A stretch of DNA of 64,000 nt. It comes from Eledone cirrhosa. Its lineage: Eukaryota. The stretch spans positions 72,726,001 to 72,790,000 of the forward strand of contig OZ024742.1 in assembly GCA_964016885.1 (NCBI GenBank), given 5' to 3'. The notes beneath the pieces are model-generated. The model saw nothing but the letters and a program-made list of their open reading frames with translations. It did not search any database and had not been told where the DNA came from. This document shows, in pieces, positions 40,140 through 50,220 of this stretch. Both the position numbers and the translations under genes were made by a program. Each line of letters starts with the position of its first letter. The first letter of the stretch is position 1.

Positions 40140-40445
40140 GTACAGCCACTACTTTATATCCATGTAGGAGAACCCCTACCGATGCGCTGAACGAGTGTGA
40201 CTTTTTAGTTCAGCCAGCGACTTGAAAACTCTGGTACAAACATTACACCTGTGACAATTATTGACACATAGTGCTGGGCCCATGGTACCATATGACGATA
40301 AGTGCAGAGAGAACTCCAGATATAAAGCAATGCCTGATGTTGACTTGTTCATCTTTTTGGTAAATATCATCTTGGTTAAGAGAGTGGGACTGGCTTTGTG
40401 CAGTGCCTTTGCTCACTATAAAAGCTTCACGGCACAGGCATTGCT
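40140..40445 (-). mobile_element. RTE/BovB-like LINE 3' relic with terminal C2H2 finger
   Basis: [22 protein letters not shown] at the ORF end (40176-40370). Confidence 0.5.
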
Positions 40446-40530
40446 TTATATGTATATATATATATATATACACACACATATATATATATGTATATATATA
40501 TGTATATATGAACACATGTGTATATATGAA

Positions 40531-42186
40531 CACACCGCAGCAAAACGCACATGAACACCGCAGCAAAACTTCAATAGGCATAAATCACAACCCAATATAA
40601 TAGCTTACAAAACCGCAATGTGAAAGCTGCACAGAGTAATATCCCGAACTGCAACTGTCACCTACCGGATAAGTGCCCACTAGCGAATAGGTGCCTTGAT
40701 TCGAGCCTAGTGTACATGTGTACTATAAACTCAGGCAACTCCACTTGGCACTACATTGGATCCACTGCGGGTGCTTTTAAAAAAAGATGGTATGTGCACA
40801 GACATTCAATGAAGAACCGTGCACTGATAAATTCTACAGCCCTCGCCAATAAAATCTGGCAACTTAAGGACAAAAACCTTGATTATAATATTAGCTGGTC
40901 GAAATTGGCAACCGCAAAGACATATAGCAGCGGTATGTCCTACTGCGGTCTCTGCAACCTTGAATTGCTGCATATCTTAAGGAACGATAAAATGCTACTC
41001 AACAGCAAAATAGAAAGGTCAATTTTCTGCAGACATAGGATTGCTACAAAATTCGCGAGATTTAAACCACCGTGATTCAAACCAATACCACTTAGCTTTT
41101 AACATATGAAATCCGCCTTCTCACACAGCCTAATACGGAACTATAATCTTCTATAAATACCTTATAGCCTCCCTAATTCTATTCCACTGGAATATGTCTC
41201 TATAACTACCTTATCAGCCCATAAATCAATCCTACCTTTGCTGTTACCCACTCCTTCAGACCAAGGAATTATATCTCTCATTAGCACTCATGATCTCTAA
41301 CAGATGAACCTAATTCTAAGTACATTATCTTATTACTCCTACACCCCTTGAAATCTCACTTTCCTCTTATTATTCTTATTACTCTTATTATTATTATGAA
41401 CATCTCAATATATCCCTAATATTATTCATCATGTTCTATATATCTACTATGCACATTTTACTATTTTATTACCTTTATTGCTTCTATTATTGTTGTTATC
41501 ACTGTCTTATTTATACACGATTTGTTATTGATGCTATGAAAACTAAACCCCCACAATTCGAACTAACAATCCCTACCTTTAGTATACGCCACTTAAATAA
41601 CGAATGTACAACTCTATTTAACACCACATAAAAACTATCATCATCAAACGAAAATGTTTATCTGTCAAATAAAAAAATAAAAAAGTAAATCTCCGGTTTA
41701 TTGCTAGAATACCTACAGTACAGTGGATACCTCATAAATTCTGTCTCCAAATACATCTTAGTGGTGACTGTTATCTAGTCGCTACCCCATCATTATATCT
41801 AATGTACCCTATAGCAGTTTTCACACGTCAATTTCATACATCTGTATTATATCAGTCTGTTTAACATGCTAGATTCTTCAATATACTCTATCTCTTACTT
41901 ATATTGATGTTATTATTTTAATTGTATGCTATCTGGTTATTTTATTTTATCATTGATATTATTGTTCTGGTTTAATACCACACTTATATAAAAACCATGC
42001 CTTATGTATCTTCTTCATTTCACCCGCTCTGATGAAAATGACTGGTTATAAACAAAGTATTGGAGATCGATTGGCGCATAATCAGGCGTATAGAGAACTC
42101 TAGACCTTCCAGCTCAACGAAACAATTGTCAACAATGTGAATAAAGCCCTTATTGTATAGCGAACCATGTCACTCTTCTTTCTTGA
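40531..42186 (+). mobile_element. Penelope-like element 3' part (GIY-YIG ORF 40620-41075, ~1.1-kb 3' region)
   Basis: CNC-KCPL-CL...VYMC...HYIGST...FKKRW..H...STALA...CGLC..E...LLN...CRH; hammerhead-like motif and AATAAA near the end; (TA)n at the 3' side. Confidence 0.85.
42018..42141 (+). ncRNA. Hammerhead-like motif with greatly enlarged stem/loop II
   Basis: CTGATGA at 42029-42035; TGA-CTGG...CCAG-C-TCA pairing; CGAA-AC(AATT)GT-C at 42118-42130 with palindromic stem III; stem I partial (TTCAC/GTGAA). Confidence 0.5.
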
Positions 42187-42302
42187 ATTATATATATATA
42201 TATTTATATATATATATATATGTGTGTATATATGTGTACATATATATATAAATATATATATGTGTGTGTGTGCGTGTGTGTATATGTGTGGTTGTATATG
42301 TA

Positions 42303-42371
<69 letters not shown>

Positions 42372-42418
42372 TCATCACCATTTTACGTCCGTTCTTCCAC
42401 GCTAGCATAGGTTAGACG

Positions 42419-42420
<2 letters not shown>

Positions 42421-42473
<53 letters not shown>

Positions 42474-42508
42474 GTATATGTGTTTGTATATGTTTGTATG
42501 TGTATATT

Positions 42509-42539
<31 letters not shown>

Positions 42540-43122
42540 ATGTATGTGAATGTGTCTGTAGACACCTGAAATATAGCTTAAGAGAAACATGACAATAAGG
42601 ACAGGCACCCAATATTTGAACTTGTTTATAGAATTCTCTCTGCCTTTGTCACCCTAAGTAGAGCTTTAATGAATTAGCTTTTAAAGAATTTCCTTTTTCT
42701 TTAAACCCATCAACCATGACTGACCCCCAACCATCTTATAGACACCTGAAATATAGGCATTGTTGGCTTAAGAGAAACTTAAAAATTAGGTGTGGCACCC
42801 TAATTTGAACTTGTTTATAGAATTCTTTCTGCCTTTGTCACTCTAAATATAAATTATAGCTTTAAAGAATTAGCCTTTAATGAATTCCCTTTTCTTTCAA
42901 CCAATGACCACCACCCATCCCACTCCCCACCCTCTCCTACCACCAGAAAAGATATAAATACCACCACATTTATTTGAACAGTCAGATTCCTGATGATTTC
43001 TCAAGAATGAAACAGCTCTAGTCCTGTAGAATCTCATCTATATTAAAACTGTTATACTCTGCTATGTATTGAGTACCTTACTTACTGTGGTTACCTCCAA
43101 TTCAACCTGGAATAACTTACCT
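42421..43122 (+). mobile_element. Non-coding hammerhead-bearing repeat, right arm (retains the 3' terminus)
   Basis: Inverted copy of 38966-39570 plus a terminal TATACTCTGCTATGTATTGAGTACCTTACTTACTGTGG segment that is also at 45757-45830. Confidence 0.8.
42984..43034 (+). ncRNA. Type I hammerhead ribozyme motif
   Basis: Stem I AGATTC/GAATCT, core CTGATGA, short stem II TTC/GAA closed by T-T, GAA, stem III ACAG/CTGT, GUA cleavage triplet (A43028). Confidence 0.72.
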
Positions 43123-44581
43123 ATATATATATATATATATATACAGCTTCCTTAGTGTTAGTGATCAACTTGATAAATTCACCCAGTACATACTGTAAAT
43201 TACTTGGGGACGGGAAGGGCATGTAACTGTATAAAGCTTGCTAAACAAAGGATTAGGAGAACCCTACAATTGTGTCAAAGACTCAAGGACATGACAGCCT
43301 AGTGTCGGTGATGTACACGATAAATGCACCCAGTACACATGGTAAAGTGGTTGGTGACAGAAAGGGCATCCAACCATAGAAAGCTTGCCTAACAAAGGTT
43401 TAGGAGGATGTTTCAGTTGTATCAAAGACATGACATCTCTTGTACGGGTGCACTCAGTAGAATGCAAGACCATATGTAATCAAGATGTAGACCCTTGGCC
43501 ATACTAGGAGGTCTATAGCTCTGCTTCAGTACTGATTTGGTCTATGTAGACCTGTTCAACCTTTGCTAGAAGGGAAAGTGGACATGAAATGATGATGATG
43601 ATGATATATTAAATGCACATTACTTTTCTGTTTTTAAAACTTCAAAGAAAGTTTATTGACCAGAAGTTCAAAGCAAGTTTATTGAAGTTGTGCCCTTTGA
43701 GATGGAAAAGCTGGACAGTATGATCTATGAGACTCAAAATCACACCTGCTATGCTACCAGTTACATCAAAGTGGCTGACAAAATTTCCTATTATTTTAAA
43801 CCTTATCTTTCAGCCAGTAAGTAATTAAAGAATCATATTTCTAGAAGTGTTGAGTGGAATAGGAATTTGAATGTAGATTTGCTTTTTTGTTTTTAATTGA
43901 ACAACTTCAACACAGGTTTATTGAATATGAAAAATAGTCTAACATGTTGGGCATACAAGCCTAGAGATGGAAAAAAGTGGACAGTGTCACCTATGTGACT
44001 CAAACTTACACTTACCAAAACATGGGTACATGCCATTAGCAGCAGTGAAGATTTATCTTAAAAAATGCAAGGGAGATAACTCCTGAAAATTTCAATTGCA
44101 CAAAATTCAAATGATGAAATGTAGATAGGGGAAGGATTTTGATAAGTATGGTGACAAATGCAAACATATTTCAGTATTATTTGACCTCTTTGACGAAGCT
44201 CAGTAAACACATATTACTTAGTGGTTTGGAGATCTTGCAAGACTACTTTGAGTCCAATGTATCCTTCCCAATTTTTAATTAAGATGGTAAGGTGTAAGAT
44301 TTTGAGAGATTTGGTTTGTGTTTCTAGTAGACTGAATGACTATGTAGAAAGCAAATGTTGTATGTTACCCAAGTCTCTGGGTTGCACATGAACAACTTTT
44401 TCTCACTCCTCCTCAGAACATTTTTCTCTGGAGTGTATTCCCTGTCCATGTTTTTCAGTAATGTACATGACTTATTCGTCCATTTTATAGTTAATATATG
44501 AATGAGGGTAGTTTTTCACAATAAAAGCAATTAAATTGCAAATTTTCAAATTTGCCAAATATCTTCATAAACTTAGTATTT

Positions 44582-44630
<49 letters not shown>

Positions 44631-44678
44631 ATAAGCGGGAACCCAATATAACTGTATTTTTGCATCCCTGTGTTTGTT

Positions 44679-44863
44679 ATTGGCAGTATCGGTAGAGAGT
44701 CGGACGCCATGCTTTGACGCATAGTTACGGCCCTTGCCATTCTGAGTTCAAATCCCGCCGAGGTTAACTTTGCCTTTCATCCTTACGGGGTCGATAAAAT
44801 AAAGTACCAGTAATGCACTGGGTAATTACTGGCCTTGTGCCAAAAGTAGAAACAATTATTAAT
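44679..44863 (+). mobile_element. OK/OR1-like tRNA SINE
   Basis: Near-identical to 35871-36050. Confidence 0.8.
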
Positions 44864-44865
44864 TA

Positions 44866-45369
44866 TTGGGTTGGCAAGAAAGTAATTTCGGTTTTTAGTC
44901 ATTTAACCTCTCTGCAATCTCTCGCACAGTTATATGAGAATCAGATTCAATTATGGCTTTGACTCTGTCATCATCAACTTCAGTAGGTCGACCAGAACGT
45001 TGGTCATCTTTGAGTGAAAATTCTCCAGAACGGAATTTTTAAAACCATTTCTGACAAGTGCGTTCTGTTAAGCAATTAACACCTTAAACTTCACATATCT
45101 CTTTGTGATCCTCGGCAGCTTTCTAGCCTTTACTGAAATGAAAAGGCTGAAAAAATTCGGTGAAAATGTTCGTTTTTGCACTCCATGTTAAAATTGACAC
45201 TGAAATAACAGCTGTAAAGAAAATTACGTTCATTTTGGCTCTAAAGTAAGCTAAAAGCTAACGGCTATCAAATGTCAAAAGATAAAAATCATAACGTTGA
45301 TAAAAGTCATTTAAAAAATGGTAACTCTAGCAACATGCGACAAACGAAATTACTTTCTTGCCAAACCAA
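44866..45369 (-). mobile_element. Internally deleted mariner transposon
   Basis: TIRs TTGGGTTGGCAAGAAAGTAATTTCG / CGAAATTACTTTCTTGCCAAACCAA with TA TSD. Decayed transposase N-terminus from ATG 45186 (CQKWF*KFRSGEFSLKDDQRSGRP...TVREIAERL). Confidence 0.88.
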
Positions 45370-45711
45370 TATATTATTTCCATTTCATAAAGTTACTAAC
45401 GACACTTATGTGTGCTGCTTTCGATTGTAACTTTTTCAATCCCATGTCAGTATGTCGATATTTCTTCGTTGTTTATTTTATTTTTTATCTTTTTATATAA
45501 CGTCCATTGTGTTTTCTTCCCGAATATCTATCCGAGAATAGTTATTAATTTACTGTGGTGAATAGTCCTGTCTTTAATGCATTCAAAACTATAATAATCC
45601 ACAGAAGACAGCCAATGAAGAATTGTCCTTGTGTTTGTATCTTCCATGTTTTTTAATGATATTTCCTAGTAACCACACAACTCTATTTTAAAATGAACGT
45701 TATATATATAT

Positions 45712-45832
45712 ATGATTTCTCCTGAATGAAACAGTTCTAGTCCTGTAGAAGCCATTTATACTCTGCTTTGTATTGAGTACCTTACTTACTGTGGTCACCC
45801 CCGATTGAACCCGGGATAAACTTATATATATA
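45712..45832 (+). mobile_element. Truncated third copy of the hammerhead-bearing terminal repeat
   Basis: TGATTTC(TCCT)GAATGAAACAG(TTCTAGTC)CTGTAGAA plus the same downstream terminus; both ends in (TA)n. Confidence 0.7.
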
Positions 45833-46170
45833 CACAAATATATGATGGAGAAAACAAGACTCTTAAAAACAAATTTTATTCCTTACACAGTGTTTCATCT
45901 TCAGGGTCGGATTAATATTCCTATGGAGGAAATAAACAAAATTGTACCCATTAAATTCTTCAGGGGAGGGTTGTTTGTTTTTAATGCTGTCACAAAAGGG
46001 ATAATCATAAGCAATACGAAATGCAAAATAGCAGGCTATCCTCTGCATATTAACTCCACTTTAATATTTAATATTGCATCTTTAGGCAGAGAGCAATGCC
46101 TCCCTTTGTTTAAGGCATCTAACATAATATATAATATCTTCTCTATATTTATGATATATGACTTCTATTT

Positions 46171-46216
<46 letters not shown>

Positions 46217-46422
46217 CGTTTCTGAATTTGTTTAGCAAGATTCTTTATCTGAAAACATGTGTTGAAACCATTATTGTTATACTTTGGGAGGGTCATGTTG
46301 CCAATAAGAAACACACGCACCAGTTGCTTTCACTTCAATTTATTATAAATTAAATTTATAAATTTAGGAATTTATAAATTTCCGGTTGGTTGGTTCCACA
46401 ACCAGATGATTGTTCATATATT

Positions 46423-46465
46423 GTCAAAGTTCTTTCGTCACACATTCTGTGACCTCTTCAGTGAC
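46423..46465 (-). ncRNA. Minimal type I hammerhead ribozyme (mirror copy)
   Basis: Exact reverse complement of 48774-48816. Confidence 0.75.
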
Positions 46466-48773
46466 TGGGGATTCTTTTCTTTGTTTTTGTGCCTCTCCTT
46501 TGTTCTGCCCTACGCCATTTTGTTTTTGTGTGTGTTGTGTGCTTAGTTTGCGCATGTGTTACATCCGGGTGTCTGTGTGTGTTTTTATTTGTTTATTTAT
46601 TTGTTTATTTACATGTTACTGGTTGGTTGTTTGTTCTATGTGTGTGTGTGTTTTCATTTTGTCCTTAATTGTAAGTTGTGATGTTGCTGTTCCATTCCTG
46701 TTTTCTATTTAATTTTGGTTGGAGTTCATTTATGTTTATTGCTTCTGTGATTTGTCTAAACATTGCGTCTTTTCTGTGTGTAGATTCTATTTTGATTTCT
46801 ATGTTCTCTAATTTACCCTTATGTTGTATTTTAGCATGTTGGTGGAGTACAGATGATTCTTTACTATCTTGAAGCTCTCGCCAGTGTTCATTTATCCGTT
46901 CCTCTATACTACGAGCTGTCTCACCTATGTACACTATATTCTTATCTCTACATTGTCCTTCAATACATCTTATGCTATATACTACATTTCTAGTTTTACA
47001 GTTAATATGGGGGCTTAATTTACAGATTATACATTTCTTATCTATACAGGAGGTCTTTGAAAAGGGTATGTATTGCTAATAAGTGTTTTTATGGAGGTAC
47101 CTGGTCTTTCTACTATCTTAATATTGAGTTTATGTTTATCTAGGGCCCTTCTAAATTTGTAAGCTAATTCACCTCTAGGGGTTGTATCGATGAACATTAC
47201 ACTCTGGTATTTATTGCTATCATACCATGAGTTTATTCTATTAACCTTATTCCTAGTTCTTTCTATTCTATTCCAAAATTTGCTCCTATACAAGGGGCAG
47301 GTCCCATTTGTATCATTATTTACCATTTTTTCCCATTTGGTTCTGGTTCCTCTATATACTCTGATTTTATCTCTCTGATTGTAACCAGAGAACTGCATAC
47401 GGTGGATGAAGTGTTGTATGTGTCTCTCTAGTTCTTTGGGGTTGCACATGCGGGACACGTTTCTCATCACCCGTACCAAATCTGCAATCAGTATGTTGAT
47501 TTTGGTATGATCCGAAACAGCTGAGTTTCAGCAAATAGCTAACTCCATCCACCAGAGTATTAGAGTTACTATAGACTACCCGAGCAAACACCCCAACCAT
47601 CGATTACATATACTAGACACAGAGCTCTGGTTAGATACCATTAATAACAAAAAACAAATCCTCCATTCCCATTATGCCAAACCCATGACTTCCAAATATC
47701 TGATCCACCGAAACACAGCTGTTTCGGACCATACCAAAATCAACATACTGATTGCGGATTTGGTACGGGTGATGAGAAACGTGTCCCGCATGTGCAACCC
47801 CAAAGAACTAGAGAGACACATACAACACTTCATCCACCGTATGCAGTTCTCTGGTTACAATCAGAGAGATAAAATCAGAGTATATAGAGGAACCAGAACC
47901 AAATGGGAAAAAATGGTAAATAATGATACAAATGGGACCTGCCCCTTGTATAGGAGCAAATTTTGGAATAGAATAGAAAGAACTAGGAATAAGGTTAATA
48001 GAATAAACTCATGGTATGATAGCAATAAATACCAGAGTGTAATGTTCATCGATACAACCCCTAGAGGTGAATTAGCTTACAAATTTAGAAGGGCCCTAGA
48101 TAAACATAAACTCAATATTAAGATAGTAGAAAGACCAGGTACCTCCATAAAAACACTTATTAGCAATACATACCCTTTTCAAAGACCTCCTGTATAGATA
48201 AGAAATGTATAATCTGTAAATTAAGCCCCCATATTAACTGTAAAACTAGAAATGTAGTATATAGCATAAGATGTACTGAAGGACAATGTAGAGATAAGAA
48301 TATAGTGTACATAGGTGAGACAGCTCGTAGTATAGGGGAATGGATAAATGAACACTGGCGAGAGCTTCAAGATAGTAACGAATCATCTGTACTCCACCAA
48401 CATGCTAAAATACAACATAAGGGTAAATTAGAGAACATAGAAATCAAAATAGAATCTACACACAGAAAAGACGCAATGTTTAGACAAATCACAGAAGCAA
48501 TAAACATAAATGAACTCCAACCAAAATTAAATAGAAAACAGGAATGGAACAGCAACATCACAACTTACAATTAAGGACAAAATGAAAACACACACACACA
48601 TAGAACAAACAACCAACCAGTAACATGTAAATAAACAAATAAATAAACAAATAAAAACACACACAGACACCCAGATGTAACACATGCACAAACTAAGCAC
48701 ACAACACACAAAAAAACAAGATGGCGTAGGGCAGAACAAAGGAGAGGCACAAAAACAAAGAAAAGAATCCCCA

Positions 48774-48816
48774 GTCACTGAAGAGGTCACAGAATGTGTG
48801 ACGAAAGAACTTTGAC
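48774..48816 (+). ncRNA. Minimal type I hammerhead ribozyme
   Basis: GTCA-CTGAAGA-G-GTCACA(GAATG)TGTGAC-GAAAG(AA)CTT-TGAC: 4-bp stem I, 6-bp stem II, minimal stem III. Confidence 0.75.
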
Positions 48817-48967
48817 AATATATGAACAATCATCTGGTTGTGGAACCAACCAACCGGAAATTTATAAATTCCTAAATTTATAAATTTAATTTATAATAAA
48901 TTGAAGTGAAAGCAACTGGTGCGTGTGTTTCTTATTGGCAACATGACCCTCCCAAAGTATAACAATA

Positions 48968-49301
48968 TCATCATCATCATCATCATCGTTTTACGTCCGC
49001 TTTTCCCTGCTTGCAAGGGTGGGATGGGAACTGATTCTGGCTTGATTTCTACAGCTGGATGCCCTTCCTAACACTAACCTCATTTACAGTGAGTGCTGGG
49101 TGATTTTTTTTCCGTGGCACCTCCACGACCACTTTACAGTGGAATGATAGGGACCCCAGTCCCTCTCATCTCATTTCTACAGCTGAGTAAACTGGAGCAA
49201 TGTGAAATAAAGTGTCTTGCTCAAGGAAACAACACATCACCCGGTCTGAGAATTGAACTCACAACCTTTCGATTGCAAGTCTAACCACTAAGCCATGTGC
49301 C
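48968..49301 (-). mobile_element. CORE-type tRNA SINE
   Basis: Reverse-complement homology to 6817-7150. Confidence 0.8.
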
Positions 49302-49322
49302 AATATATATATATATACATAC

Positions 49323-49361
<39 letters not shown>

Positions 49362-49370
49362 TATGTATAT

Positions 49371-50220
49371 ATCATCATCATCATCATTGTTTTAACGTCC
49401 ACTCTCCCTGCTAGCAAGGGTTGGACGGTTCTACATAGACCATGTCAGTACTTCCCATCATCAACCACTTTGCTGGGGAGGTGGGGCTGTTAGGAATGAG
49501 GGGGATGGGACAAGAGCAGTTGGTTTAGTTTTTTAAGGCTACAGATCTCCCAGACTGGCCAGGGATCTGTATCTCGCTAATGTATGGTCTCATGTTCTAC
49601 CAAGTGCACAGGAATATAGGAGAGGTTGTCATGTCTTTGACAAAACTGAGGATCCTCCCAACCCTTTGTTTAGCAAGCTTTCTACGGCTTTACAGCATGT
49701 TCTGGGTGTATTTATTGTGTAGATCACCAACACTAGAGGGGTTGCCATGCTGATATGTCCTTACCAATGCAGTCTTCTGTCTTGCACACTACATCCAACT
49801 CCTCTTATGCCAAGTTTTTCCCTCAGTTTGCTTATACTATGTCGCTCGTGTACACTAACATTACACATCCATCAGAGCATACTCAACTTGTTTTTTTTCT
49901 AGTCTCCACAGGTCCTCAGCAGTCATGGCCCATATTTCATTGCCATGTAGCATTGCAATTTGCACACATGCATTATGCAGTTTACCCTTCACTCTGAGAG
50001 AAAAGCATTTTGTCAGCAGTTGTAACAGATTTCTAAACTTCTTCCAGCCTGTTCTTATCCTAGCTATCACACTTTCAGCACATTCTCCCCTACTATTAAT
50101 TTGATTGTCTAGGTAGCAAAAGCTGTCAACATCTACTAGGGAGGCATCTGAAGGAATCTATTTCATGTGTACTTTTTGTGCTCACTTCTCCTGTGCCTCT
50201 GCTGCATATGAAGTCTATAT
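49371..50220 (-). mobile_element. Old RTE LINE, 3' part (split by the CR1 insertion)
   Basis: ARIRTGWKKFR...AMLHGNEIW; begins IDFICSR, continuing the frame broken at ~53345. Confidence 0.7.

Larger units (their letters stand above)
46272..48967. mobile_element. Penelope-like element as a large palindrome: plus copy 47524-48967, inverted copy 46272-47523
   Basis: 1252-bp arms (46272-47523 / 47716-48967). The 192-bp spacer extends the plus-strand RT C-terminus (ANSIHQSIRVTIDYPS...LHILD...HYAKP). GIY-YIG motif VVYSIRC...VYIGETARS. Confidence 0.92.

Noticed and set aside
45842-46225. 127-aa plus-strand ORF
   Set aside because: No recognisable motif, AT-rich, runs into a TA repeat
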